Below the pieces are notes generated by a model that saw only the letters and a list, made by a program, of their open reading frames with translations, searched no databases and was not told the DNA's origin. Positions 47,061 to 56,755 of a DNA stretch of 64,000 nucleotides are shown here, in pieces. A program made the position numbers and the translations under genes. Source of the stretch: Candidatus Omnitrophota bacterium (lineage in GTDB: Bacteria; Omnitrophota; Gorgyraeia; Zapsychrales; Zapsychraceae); the NCBI GenBank assembly GCA_028280285.1, contig JANQMA010000032.1, positions 17,091 through 81,090 on the forward strand. Direction: 5' to 3'. The number at the start of each line of letters is the position of its first letter. Positions within the stretch are counted from its first letter, which is position 1.

Positions 47061-48200
47061 CTATGCGTTAAAAACTTTTTGCGCGGCGGCAACACCAACG
47101 CCAAGTTCGAATTTATATCCTAGTTCTTTTAAGGTTTTTTCCAAACAGGAAATACCTGTGAGAATATCGTATTCATCGATACATCCCATATGCGAAATAC
47201 GGATAATTTTACCCTTAAGATGTCCTTGTCCGCCGGCCACAGAAATACCATAAGTATCCCGCATTGTCTTAACCAATTTGCCGCCATCGACATCTTCCGG
47301 TAAGCTGATAGCCGTCAAAACATTGGAAATGCAATCGTCTTTGGCAAAAAGAGACAAACCTAAAGCACGAGCGGCAGCCCGTGTGCCTTCGGCAAGCCGG
47401 CCGTAATTAGCCAAAAGATTATCGATGCCTTCAGCCTTAAACTTTTTTAAGCTTTCACATAATGCAACGACAATACCGATGGCCGGCGTAAAAGGTGTAT
47501 CCGTCGCGGCAAATGCCTTTTTCGATTTACGCAAATCCCAGTAATAACGTGCGTTAGTTGAGGCTTCAATCACTTTATATGCCTTGTCGCTGACAGAAAG
47601 AAAGGCAAGCCCCGGAGGGAGCATAAATCCTTTGTGTGATGCTGAACACACAATATCAACACCCCACTTATCGGTTTGGCAGTCAACAACACCGAGCCCG
47701 CTGACCGCATCGACAACCAGAACCGCGCTTGTCTCTTTAACAATCTTAGCAATTGCTTCAATATCACTCACAACACCGGTTGATGTTTCATTAAGTGTTA
47801 CAAAAACGGCCTTTGTCTCTGGCGCCTGATCAAGAAGCTCTTTGATTTTAGCCGGATCAACCGCCGTTCCCCACTCAACCTCAATCACCGTCGGCTCAGC
47901 ATTGTACGCCTTACACAACTCCGTCCAACGCTCACCGAATTTACCGCCCTCAACCGTAATCGCTTTATCACCCGGCGAAAGCAGATTACATACAGCCGCT
48001 TCCATAGCACCCGTTCCCGACGAAGCTAAAAGATAAATTTCATTCTTCGTCTGAAAAACATACTGCAGGCCTTCAATCGCCTCTTTTATGTTATCTTGAA
48101 ATTGTGGTGTGCGATGGTGAATAATCGGACGACCAAGTGCCGCGCAAACATCCGCAGGAATTTGCGTCGGCCCGGGGGTAAGCAATAAATTTCTTTTCAT
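47061..48200 (-). CDS. Class V PLP aminotransferase (serine-pyruvate/alanine-glyoxylate type; may act as phosphoserine aminotransferase)
   Basis: LLTPGPT, SGTGAMEAA, ETSTGV, VDAVS, SHKG; next to serA. Confidence 0.9.
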   Translation of the reverse strand: MKRNLLLTPGPTQIPADVCAALGRPIIHHRTPQFQDNIKEAIEGLQYVFQTKNEIYLLASSGTGAMEAAVCNLLSPGDKAITVEGGKFGERWTELCKAYNAEPTVIEVEWGTAVDPAKIKELLDQAPETKAVFVTLNETSTGVVSDIEAIAKIVKETSAVLVVDAVSGLGVVDCQTDKWGVDIVCSASHKGFMLPPGLAFLSVSDKAYKVIEASTNARYYWDLRKSKKAFAATDTPFTPAIGIVVALCESLKKFKAEGIDNLLANYGRLAEGTRAAARALGLSLFAKDDCISNVLTAISLPEDVDGGKLVKTMRDTYGISVAGGQGHLKGKIIRISHMGCIDEYDILTGISCLEKTLKELGYKFELGVGVAAAQKVFNA

Positions 48201-48226
48201 CTTACTGCCTTTCTAAATTACGTTCT

Positions 48227-48324
48227 TCGGTAATCGGCATCGAGGCGCGTTACGTCTATCGTTTTTCGGTTTCGATACCGACACCTAAACCGAAACGAGC
48301 ATCGACACCAAAAGACGTTACCGA
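48227..48324. repeat. Periodic palindrome, ~6-nt unit (TCGGTT / AACCGA type)
   Basis: tcggtaatcggcatcgag...tcgtttttcggtttcgataccgacacctaaaccgaaacga...ttaccga. Confidence 0.65.
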
Positions 48325-48335
48325 TATATAAGAAT

Positions 48336-48950
48336 CTATTTCTTTTTCTTTGTGGCGGTCGTTGAAATGACTTCATCAACTAAACCATAGGCCTTGGCTT
48401 CCTCAGCTGACATGAAATAATCGCGGTCACAATCGCTCTCAACTTTTTCAAAAGTTTGCCCCGAATGATTCGCCAAAATTTGTGTCAGTTCTTTTTTCAT
48501 ACGGAGGATTTCAGTTGCTTGAATAGAAATGTCACTCGCTGTCCCCTGAGCGCCGCCCCATGGCTGATGGATCATAATACGCGCGTAAGGAAGCGCATAG
48601 CGTTTACCCCTTGTTCCAGCTGTTAGGAGCAATGAGCCCATACTCGCCGCCTGGCCTAAACAATATGTACAAACATCAGGCTTAATGAATTGCATTGTGT
48701 CATAAATTCCTAGGCCAGCTGTTACTGAACCTCCCGGAGAATTAACATAGACATGTATGTCTTTGTTAGGATCTTCGCTTTGCAAAAAAAGTAATTGCGC
48801 AATGATCAAGTTAGCAACATTATCATCAATCGCCGTACCGATAAAAATGATACGGTCTTTAAGTAGACGTGAATAAATGTCATAAGCACGTTCACCCTGT
48901 CCTGATTTTTCAACGACCATTGGGACTAAAACAGATGATTTTGGATTCAT
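48336..48950 (-). CDS. clpP: ATP-dependent Clp protease proteolytic subunit
   Basis: DIYSRLL, NSPGG, AASMG, MIHQP, DRD; start moved to ATG 48950. Confidence 0.97.
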   Translation of the reverse strand: MNPKSSVLVPMVVEKSGQGERAYDIYSRLLKDRIIFIGTAIDDNVANLIIAQLLFLQSEDPNKDIHVYVNSPGGSVTAGLGIYDTMQFIKPDVCTYCLGQAASMGSLLLTAGTRGKRYALPYARIMIHQPWGGAQGTASDISIQATEILRMKKELTQILANHSGQTFEKVESDCDRDYFMSAEEAKAYGLVDEVISTTATKKKK

Positions 48951-49852
48951 TATTTGGCCTCCTCCCAAACAGCTTTTTTAAGTAAAAATTCCATCACTTT
49001 CGCCGGCAGGTTTTCGCCTTCGCCGACTTCAATGCTCTCGAGCTGCGCGATCTTGTCAAAAATCAGATAAACCTTCACATCTTTTTCAACAACCGATGCA
49101 AGCTCTTTGCGCATCTCTTCTTCTTTTTTATCTACCTCTTCTTTCGGCATTCCCTGCTGTTCCATACGCTGCTTTTGATCATGAATGCGATACTCCAATT
49201 GTTTTTTAACAAGCGATTCCGGTGTGGTTAACTTTGCTTTTTTAAGTAAAGCCTCGACGATTTGATTTTCGACATCGGCCTTGTTTTGACGGTCCTTATC
49301 CATTTCGATTTGACGCGATAAAGAATCCTTAAACGCATCCAAGCTCGGATAACCGAGACCTTTAGCAAAATTATCATCGATGGCAACATCTTTAGCGTCT
49401 TTACCGGCCCCTTGCCCTTGTTTAAAATATTCGAGCGTTTTATTAATATCCTCATCGGTTACTTTCGAGGATTTGCGTTTGACCTTAATGCCTTCATAGT
49501 CTTTGATTTTTACCTCAGGCTTAACGTCAAGCGTCGCGGTAAAGGTCACCTCACCGTCTTTATAATTAACATCCTGTATGTCGGGATAATCAAGGGGCGC
49601 CAGTTGCTCTTGCACAACGCCTTCTTGATAAACTTCCTGGATTACTTTTTTAAGCATTTCATCTTTGGCCGCCGAGGAATGATGTTGCTCTAAAATATTA
49701 CGCGGCACCTTGCCTTTGCGAAAACCTTTTATTTTAGCCACTTTCGCAATATCTCTATAAACCTGGTCTAAAGTTTTGGATACACGTTCTTTGGGAACCG
49801 CAAACCTTAACTCACGTTTAACTTCATTAACCTTCTTAACTTCAACTTTCAT
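48950..49852 (-). CDS. tig: Trigger factor lacking the FKBP PPIase domain
   Basis: GFRKGKVP ribosome-binding loop; only 300 aa; directly upstream of clpP. Confidence 0.9.
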   Translation of the reverse strand: MKVEVKKVNEVKRELRFAVPKERVSKTLDQVYRDIAKVAKIKGFRKGKVPRNILEQHHSSAAKDEMLKKVIQEVYQEGVVQEQLAPLDYPDIQDVNYKDGEVTFTATLDVKPEVKIKDYEGIKVKRKSSKVTDEDINKTLEYFKQGQGAGKDAKDVAIDDNFAKGLGYPSLDAFKDSLSRQIEMDKDRQNKADVENQIVEALLKKAKLTTPESLVKKQLEYRIHDQKQRMEQQGMPKEEVDKKEEEMRKELASVVEKDVKVYLIFDKIAQLESIEVGEGENLPAKVMEFLLKKAVWEEAK

Positions 49853-49880
49853 GTGTTTGTGTTTCCTCCTAAAAAATGAC

Positions 49881-49955
49881 TGCTAGTTGTTTGTTGATTG
49901 TTGTTGGTTGTTAGCATTTAAAATTCCAACAACTAACAACCAGCAACCAACAACT
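49881..49955. repeat. Periodic palindrome, 7-nt unit (TTGTTRG family)
   Basis: tgctagt tgtttgt tgattgt tgttggt tgttag ... ccaacaa ctaacaa ccagcaa ccaacaa ct. Confidence 0.8.
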
Positions 49956-50682
49956 ACATTGTAAACTTATCACCCAAATAAATCTTGCGTGCAGCCTCAT
50001 TATTAATTAAGTCGTCCGCCGTACCGGATATTAAAATACGTCCGTCAGCAATTAAATAAGCGCGGTCTGTAATAGACAATGTTTCGCGCACATTATGATC
50101 TGTGAGTAATATGCCGAGACCACGCGCCTTTAGGTCTTTAATAATTTCCTGCGCCTCGGCAACGACAATGGGATCAATACCACTGAAAGGCTCATCCAAA
50201 AGCAAAAACGACGGATTGGTCACAAGCGCGCGCGTAATCTCAAGCCTACGCCGCTCCCCTCCTGATAAAGTATAGGCTTTTGCTTTGGCCAAGTGAGCTA
50301 TATTAAGCTCTTCTAACAAAGATTGCAACCTTTTCTTTCGTTCACGCACAGATATGTTTAAGGTCTCCAAAATCGCCATAATATTCTGCTCAACCGTCAT
50401 TTTACGGAAAATCGACGACTCCTGGGCCAGGTACCCCATCCCCAGGCGACATCTTTCATGAATGGACTTACTTGTAATATCTTCCTGATCAAAAAAGATA
50501 AGCCCCTCATTGGGTTTGATAATCCCCACTGTCATATAAAATGATGTTGTCTTGCCGGCCCCGTTCGGGCCCAAAAGTCCGACAATCTCACCACGGCCAA
50601 CGGAAATATTAAGCCCATCGACAACACGGCGCTCACCGTATGATTTAACGAGACCTCTAGTCTCTAAGAGATGTAATCCCAC
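49954..50682 (-). CDS. lptB: LPS export ABC transporter ATPase
   Basis: GPNGAGKTT, YLAQE.SIFR, LSGGERRR.EI, LDEPF.G.DP, TDHNVRETL. Confidence 0.96.
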   Translation of the reverse strand: MGLHLLETRGLVKSYGERRVVDGLNISVGRGEIVGLLGPNGAGKTTSFYMTVGIIKPNEGLIFFDQEDITSKSIHERCRLGMGYLAQESSIFRKMTVEQNIMAILETLNISVRERKKRLQSLLEELNIAHLAKAKAYTLSGGERRRLEITRALVTNPSFLLLDEPFSGIDPIVVAEAQEIIKDLKARGLGILLTDHNVRETLSITDRAYLIADGRILISGTADDLINNEAARKIYLGDKFTM

Positions 50683-51505
50683 CTTCGCCCTCAGTTAGTA
50701 AAATAAGTTTAGGTCGGCCGGATAAAGTCAGCCTTTGTGTTTCACGATTAAAAACAGCACGCTCGGCATAGGTCTTATTCTCCCCCTGCATAATCTCAAC
50801 ATTACCGATACAGACAATTTCGATGATATCATTCATATCTTCATTCATATACACTTCCATACGGTCGGCCTTAAGCGTTTGATCTTCCTGAACGGCAATC
50901 ACATTGTCTTCAAATGTGGCTAATTGTTTGACCTGATCGATCACCATCGGCCCGTCGCTGGTAATGGTTAACGGTTTTTTAGGCTCCTGGAAGTCTTCGT
51001 CATATTTATCATCCTTACCAACCTCGTCGATATCGACCAACGCACGCACATCCTGATTAATCTGCGAACGTTTAAGCCCAGGTTTAGCTTCGAGCCCAAC
51101 ACCGGAAACAGTGAGCCCTTGGTCAGTTATAAAAACATCGTCTTCACTTGTTACCAAATCTTCCTCACGATCCCAATAAAGTGAGTCAGTCATCAATTGT
51201 GCGCCATCTTCGGTCGTAATAATCACATCATCATGCAACTCCATCTCACCACTTGCCTGGTCAACCAGACCACTGTTGGCTTTAACATTCATTTTTTCTT
51301 GACCATAGGCATTGGCGTTCACATCCGTTATTTTAATTTTCTCACCCATCACATCAGCCGTCGATCCGTTAACATCCCATGACTTTTCACCGTCATCGGT
51401 GTAGCCTTCCAGATTAAACCCTTCGAACTGCTGGCCGGCATCTTGCGCCAGGACAGGGCCCGTCATCAAAAAAAGAAATGTAAAAATCCAACAACCCCGT
51501 CTCAC
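50657..51505 (-). CDS. LptC-like plus LptA/OstA-like two-domain LPS transport protein
   Basis: N-terminal TM/signal, LptC-like beta repeats (G.KSW.V.G..A; L.TDSL.W), then an LptA-like part (ITSDG, A.F..NV...Q...L.AD, GNV.I); between kdsC and lptB; GTG start at 51505. Confidence 0.8.
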   Translation of the reverse strand: MRRGCWIFTFLFLMTGPVLAQDAGQQFEGFNLEGYTDDGEKSWDVNGSTADVMGEKIKITDVNANAYGQEKMNVKANSGLVDQASGEMELHDDVIITTEDGAQLMTDSLYWDREEDLVTSEDDVFITDQGLTVSGVGLEAKPGLKRSQINQDVRALVDIDEVGKDDKYDEDFQEPKKPLTITSDGPMVIDQVKQLATFEDNVIAVQEDQTLKADRMEVYMNEDMNDIIEIVCIGNVEIMQGENKTYAERAVFNRETQRLTLSGRPKLILLTEGEGGITSLRD

Positions 51506-52026
51506 GAAAGCTCCTTTACGATTTTTGACCACAATCCCTTAGCTTTTAAAACCATCTCAATCACTTCTTTCACAGCCCCATGACCACCAGCATTTTTGGT
51601 GACAAAATGCGCCCTCTTACGAGCTTCAACAGAACCATTCGGCACACTCACCGCAACACCGACACGACTGAATAAACAGATATCAGGCAGATCATCACCA
51701 ATATAACAAACTTGTTCTTTGTTTAATTTAACTTCTTTGAGCAATTTTTCAAACGCCTGGGTTTTGGGAAAGGCATTTTGATAAACCTTGGTAATCCCTA
51801 AATCCTTGGCCCGCGCATCAACCGCTTTATTAGCCCGGGCCGAGATAATCGCTGTTTTAAACCCTGCCCGCTGAAACAAGACAATACGCAGACCGTCCTG
51901 CACATCAAACATCTTAAGTTCTTTCCCCGTACTATCGATATTGATATGCCCATTGGTCAACACGCCATCAACATCCATAACGAGTAGCTCTATCTTTTTT
52001 AATTTACGTTTGAGTGTGTCGGTCAT
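51502..52026 (-). CDS. kdsC: KDO 8-phosphate phosphatase
   Basis: MDVDGVLT, K.F.VQDG, YIGDDLPD, GG.GAV.E. Confidence 0.94.
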   Translation of the reverse strand: MTDTLKRKLKKIELLVMDVDGVLTNGHINIDSTGKELKMFDVQDGLRIVLFQRAGFKTAIISARANKAVDARAKDLGITKVYQNAFPKTQAFEKLLKEVKLNKEQVCYIGDDLPDICLFSRVGVAVSVPNGSVEARKRAHFVTKNAGGHGAVKEVIEMVLKAKGLWSKIVKELS

Positions 52027-52982
52027 ACAAGTCCTGCCTTGAGCAAATCCTGCACATCGAGAAGACCGACTAGTTTATCTTTAGAATCAACTACCGGCAG
52101 CTCATCAATCCTTTTTGTTTGAAAAATACTCAGTGCTTCAACAGCAAGCTTGTCTCGTCGAATAACCGTTGGTTTCTTTGTCATAATATCTTTAACCTTC
52201 AAGCGCAATAAATCCGCGCCCGCATCAAGACGTCTTCTTAAATCACCATCGGTGAATATCCCAACCAGTTTCCCCCGCGCAGAAAGCACACACGCTGAGC
52301 CGCAGCGCGCTTTGGTGATTGTGAATAATGCGCTTTTGACCGTCGCTGTTTCTTTAACCTTGGCATAATCTTTGCCTGTGCGCATCAAATCGTCTACTTT
52401 AAGCAAAAGCTTCTTACCGAGCGCCCCCCCGGGATGAAACACCGCGAAATCTTCCTGTTTAAATTTTTTGCGCACAATCAAAGAGGCAGCCAAGGCATCA
52501 CCCATGACAAGCGTTGCTGTTGTTGAAGCCATCGGTGCAAGCCCGAGCGGGCAACCTTCCTTTGATACGCCAACATCTAAAACAAAATCACAATACTTCG
52601 CCAAGGCGGATTTGGTATTACCTGTCATCGCAACTGTTTTAACCTTCAAACGTTTGAGAAACGGAATAAGACGCTTTGTCTCTTCGGTCTCACCACTATT
52701 AGAAATCACGATAAAAACATCGTCCTTTGTCACTTGCCCAAAATCACCATGCGATGCTTCAGCGCTATGCAAAAAAATACTCGGTGTTCCGGTTGAAGAA
52801 AGTGTCGCGGCGATCTTGCGTCCGATAATACCGGTCTTGCCCATGCCGGCGATGACAACACGCCCTTTACACTTAGCAATTAAATCAACAGTCTTAGTAA
52901 AATGACTGTTAAGCCTTTTGGCTAAATCTTTAATGGCATGAGCTTCAATTGCAATAACTTCTTTTGCCTTTTTTAAACTCAT
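52023..52982 (-). CDS. kdsD: Arabinose 5-phosphate isomerase (KpsF/GutQ)
   Basis: GMGKTG.IG.K, EA.HGD.G, HPGG.LG, two CBS domains. Confidence 0.94.
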   Translation of the reverse strand: MSLKKAKEVIAIEAHAIKDLAKRLNSHFTKTVDLIAKCKGRVVIAGMGKTGIIGRKIAATLSSTGTPSIFLHSAEASHGDFGQVTKDDVFIVISNSGETEETKRLIPFLKRLKVKTVAMTGNTKSALAKYCDFVLDVGVSKEGCPLGLAPMASTTATLVMGDALAASLIVRKKFKQEDFAVFHPGGALGKKLLLKVDDLMRTGKDYAKVKETATVKSALFTITKARCGSACVLSARGKLVGIFTDGDLRRRLDAGADLLRLKVKDIMTKKPTVIRRDKLAVEALSIFQTKRIDELPVVDSKDKLVGLLDVQDLLKAGLV

Positions 52983-53806
52983 TTCTTTTTCTTCACCAAT
53001 TTATCGATTGCCTTAAGTTCCTTAAGCACACCCTCCAGTTGCTTAAGCGGCAACATGTTTGGTCCATCGGATAATGCTTTCTCAGGATTCTTATGCACTT
53101 CCATAAAGATCGCATCGCATCCAGCGGCAACCGCACAGCGTGCTAAAAGCGGCACATATTCGCGCTTACCGCCTGAGGCATTACCCAGTCCGCCCGGTTG
53201 CTGAACACTATGCGTGGCATCAAAAACAACCGGATAACCGGTTGCGCGCATAATGGCAAGCGAACGGAAATCGGTTACCAAATTATTGTAACCGAATGTT
53301 GTGCCGCGTTCGGTCAAAAGGATTTTTTTATTAAATGTGCCTTCGATCTTTTTGATAATCTGTCCGACATCGTGTGGTGCGAGGAACTGCCCTTTTTTGA
53401 CATTAATAATCTTTTTCGTTTTACCGGCGGCCACCACAATATCTGTCTGCCGGCAGAGAAACGCCGGGATCTGGATAATGTCGAGCACTGCGGCGGCAGG
53501 CACCATATCCTCGGGCTCATGCACATCACTTAACACCGGAACCTTAAGCGTCTCTTTAATTTCTTTTAGAATTGCAAGCCCTTCTTCAAGACCTGGGCCG
53601 CGAAAAGATTTAATAGACGTACGGTTGGCTTTATCATAACTTGCTTTAAATACAAACGGGATGCCAAGCTTGCTTGCGATCTGTTTAATCGCCTTGGCAT
53701 GCGCGATCGCCATAGCCCGGCTTTCGATCACACACGGACCGGCAATCAGCACAAACGGTGCGCCTGCGCCAAACTTAATTTTTCCTGACTTAATCGCCTT
53801 TGTCAT
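52979..53806 (-). CDS. kdsA: KDO 8-phosphate synthase
   Basis: IAGPCVIE, KASYDKANRTS, QIPAFLCRQTD, DATHSVQ, SDG. Confidence 0.97.
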   Translation of the reverse strand: MTKAIKSGKIKFGAGAPFVLIAGPCVIESRAMAIAHAKAIKQIASKLGIPFVFKASYDKANRTSIKSFRGPGLEEGLAILKEIKETLKVPVLSDVHEPEDMVPAAAVLDIIQIPAFLCRQTDIVVAAGKTKKIINVKKGQFLAPHDVGQIIKKIEGTFNKKILLTERGTTFGYNNLVTDFRSLAIMRATGYPVVFDATHSVQQPGGLGNASGGKREYVPLLARCAVAAGCDAIFMEVHKNPEKALSDGPNMLPLKQLEGVLKELKAIDKLVKKKK

Positions 53807-54519
53807 AATTTTTCTAAAACCTTTTGTAAGTCTTCAGGCGTATCAACGCCTATGATATCCATGTCCGTTTCAACTGTTTTGATTTCATATCCTGCTTCCA
53901 GAACACGCAACTGCTCAAGCTTCTCGGCTTGTTCTAATTTCGAATGGGGCAGCTCTACGTATTTAAATAAGAAATCTTTCCGATACGCATAAATCCCTAA
54001 ATGACGATAATGTGTAACATGTTCACAATCACGGTTAAATGGAATGGGCGAACGGGAAAAGTAAAGCGCCCGGCCATTATTGTCGACCACGACTTTAACC
54101 ACATGGGAATTGTCTAAATCCTCTTCATCATCAATACGCTTAATCATGGTTGCCATCGGACACTCGCTATCTTCTTCAAAGACCTTAACAAGCGCATCAA
54201 TTTGCTTTGGTTCGATCAGCGGCTCGTCCCCTTGAACATTGACAATAACGTCCGCTTCAATATCCCGTACGGCTTCAGCAATACGGTCGGAGCCTGACGG
54301 ATGGTCGACCGACGTCATAACAGCGTGCGCGCCGAAATCCTGCGCGGCCTTAAGCACATGATCCGCATCACAGGCAATCCAAACATCATCCACATGCGCG
54401 GCCTGCTTGACACGTTCGTAGACATGCTGAATCATCGGCTTGCCGTGAATATCGGCCAGCACCTTGCCTTCAAATCTTGTCGAACCCCACCGGGCTGGAA
54501 TAACCGCTACTGTTTTCAT
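53803..54519 (-). CDS. kdsB: CMP-KDO synthetase
   Basis: IPARWGSTRF..K, SGSDR, NVQGDEP, YFSR, HLGIY, EKLEQLR. Confidence 0.96.
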   Translation of the reverse strand: MKTVAVIPARWGSTRFEGKVLADIHGKPMIQHVYERVKQAAHVDDVWIACDADHVLKAAQDFGAHAVMTSVDHPSGSDRIAEAVRDIEADVIVNVQGDEPLIEPKQIDALVKVFEEDSECPMATMIKRIDDEEDLDNSHVVKVVVDNNGRALYFSRSPIPFNRDCEHVTHYRHLGIYAYRKDFLFKYVELPHSKLEQAEKLEQLRVLEAGYEIKTVETDMDIIGVDTPEDLQKVLEKL

Positions 54520-54569
54520 AGCATCAAATAAAATTTTAAAAAATTTCAGAAGCCATAAGCCCTAATTAA

Positions 54570-54619
54570 AGGTTTTAGGTTTTAGTCGACTAACACCCAA
54601 CACCTTAAACCTAACACCT
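54570..54619. repeat. Periodic palindrome, 7-nt unit (AGGTGTT family)
   Basis: aggtttt aggtttt agtcgact aacaccc aacacct taaacct aacacct; centre nearly identical to that of 23813-23876. Confidence 0.75.
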
Positions 54620-54650
54620 TTTGTTACAGCTTATAACGCATAGCTTAATA

Positions 54651-55673
54651 TTATTTCCCACTAAACGCCGCCAATAACTCTTGTTTTGTCACCGCTGCCG
54701 TACCTAATTTGCCAACCACAATACCTGCCGCTACATTGGCCAACTCCGCTGCTTTAGTCTTAGTGAGTCCAAGCGTTAAACCAAGCGTAAATACCGCAAT
54801 CACCGCATCCCCTGCTCCGGAAACATCATAAACTTCAATTGCTTTAGTATTTATCGCATGTGTTTTCTTTCCCTTAGCGAAAACCCGCATACCGCGCTCA
54901 CCCAGCGTCATCAATAAACACTCGGCATTAAGATATTGCACAATCGCCTTACCGGCCTTTTCTATCTGATCATCGGTGATGAGCTTATCGAAATTAATTT
55001 TAAGTTTTTTGCGTGAACCGTCTGTGACCTTGATATTACGAATAGCATTTTCTGCTTCTTTTAAATTCGGTGTGATGGCCGTCACATTGATGTAATTACA
55101 AAAATTCTCCACCTTAGGATCAACGGTAATGATTGTTTTATTTTTATGGGCAAGCGTGGTAAGAAAATTGATCATTTCCGTCGTGATAAGGCCTTTGCCG
55201 TAATCGGAGATAACAATCGCATCAAAATCGTCAATGTGATTCTTAATAAATGTCTTAAGTTTTTCGAAAACTTTTACCGTACCGGAAAGATTTGCTTTTT
55301 CCCTGTCAATCCGCACAACTTGTTGGTGCTGGGCAATCACCCGTGTTTTAAGAATAGTGGGGAGTTTTTTATCCGCAAAGATGGCCCGCGTATCAATCTT
55401 TTTCTTCTTAAGCTCCTGTTTAACACTGCGCCCTTCCGCATCATCGCCGATACGTCCGGCCAAGGTTACCTTCACTCCAAGCCCGGCCAAGTTATGAGCC
55501 ACATTCGCCGCTCCGCCAGGCACATAAAACCGCTCATTTTCAAGTACAACCGGCACAGGTGCTTCTGGCGAAATCCGTGAAACCGTTCCTTGGATATAGT
55601 GATCAAGGATAATATCCCCCACAACCAGTATATTTTTTCTGCTGAATTTACGAATGACTGATCTAAAATCCAT
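54651..55673 (-). CDS. rfaE1: D-glycero-beta-D-manno-heptose-7-phosphate kinase (stand-alone HldA/RfaE domain I)
   Basis: VGDIILD, RISPEAPVP, GGAANVA, SDYGKG, DVSGAGD. Confidence 0.93.
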   Translation of the reverse strand: MDFRSVIRKFSRKNILVVGDIILDHYIQGTVSRISPEAPVPVVLENERFYVPGGAANVAHNLAGLGVKVTLAGRIGDDAEGRSVKQELKKKKIDTRAIFADKKLPTILKTRVIAQHQQVVRIDREKANLSGTVKVFEKLKTFIKNHIDDFDAIVISDYGKGLITTEMINFLTTLAHKNKTIITVDPKVENFCNYINVTAITPNLKEAENAIRNIKVTDGSRKKLKINFDKLITDDQIEKAGKAIVQYLNAECLLMTLGERGMRVFAKGKKTHAINTKAIEVYDVSGAGDAVIAVFTLGLTLGLTKTKAAELANVAAGIVVGKLGTAAVTKQELLAAFSGK

Positions 55674-55714
55674 AATATTATATATATAATACTAGTAATT
55701 AAGGCGTGATTCTA

Positions 55715-56755
55715 TCACAGTTTTATAAAGGCGTCAACCGCTTGTAAAACGTGCGAAACTGAAATAAATTCATTAATTTCAGGCACTTTCGCATCTTCTT
55801 CAGTATTGACAAACTCGGTGCCGGGTGGTGGATAAAGGCTGCGTGTCAGCTCTCCTAAAGGCCGCCAACGCTCAGGATTAATGCCAGGGCGATTCCGGGT
55901 AAAAATAGATATAACCGGAGTATGCACGGCGCATGCCACATGCACCGGACCAGAATCATTGGATATGAGCAAATCGGCATTTTTAACAAGGCTAATCAGC
56001 TGTGGAATAGATGTCATACCGGTTAAATCACCGGGAGCGTGCATCGAATAACCTTTGATCTTTCGGGCCAGCGGACGGATAGCCATTGAACCAATCAAAA
56101 ATACTTGCGCACCATAATCCTCAATCAATTTATCAATGAGTATGCCGTAGTTTTTAGCCGCCCAGGTTTTCGATGGATCACTGGCCCCGGGATGAATAAC
56201 AATAAACGGTTTATCTTCTGTTATATGATTTTGTGTACGAAATTGCCCAACCCATTCTTCAGCTGTCTCGCGGAGAGAAACATAAAGCTCTTTGCCATGA
56301 GATTTTACTCCGATTGTCTCAAGTAAATCCAAACAATAATCGCTTTCATGCTTCTCACCGAAATGCCGTCTGTCTTCCACACGATGGGTTAAAAGAAAGC
56401 TAAACTTACCGTTATCATAGGCCAAGCGTACAGGAATACCCGCTGCAAAACTTAAAAAGTTCGTTCTTTTTTTTGTATGATAATTAATAACAATATCGAA
56501 TTTTTTACTACGCAAAAACTGAATAAGCTTAACCGTTCCCCAAAACCCTTTATGCTCTTGCTCACGGTCATCAACAATAATATCATCCACATACGGATTA
56601 TCTTCGACCAGGGGTAAGGTTAAAGGCGCAACAAGCAAAGTGATCCGCGCCATCGGATAAGTGGTGCGTAATGCTTTAAGAGCTGGCGTTGTCAAAATCA
56701 CATCACCGATGCGATCCGTTCTTATCACTAATATATTCTGAAAACCCCTATTCAT
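55715..56755 (-). CDS. GT9 family glycosyltransferase (heptosyltransferase-like)
   Basis: RIGDVIL, HPGAS..SK.W, SNDSGPVH. Confidence 0.9.
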   Translation of the reverse strand: MNRGFQNILVIRTDRIGDVILTTPALKALRTTYPMARITLLVAPLTLPLVEDNPYVDDIIVDDREQEHKGFWGTVKLIQFLRSKKFDIVINYHTKKRTNFLSFAAGIPVRLAYDNGKFSFLLTHRVEDRRHFGEKHESDYCLDLLETIGVKSHGKELYVSLRETAEEWVGQFRTQNHITEDKPFIVIHPGASDPSKTWAAKNYGILIDKLIEDYGAQVFLIGSMAIRPLARKIKGYSMHAPGDLTGMTSIPQLISLVKNADLLISNDSGPVHVACAVHTPVISIFTRNRPGINPERWRPLGELTRSLYPPPGTEFVNTEEDAKVPEINEFISVSHVLQAVDAFIKL

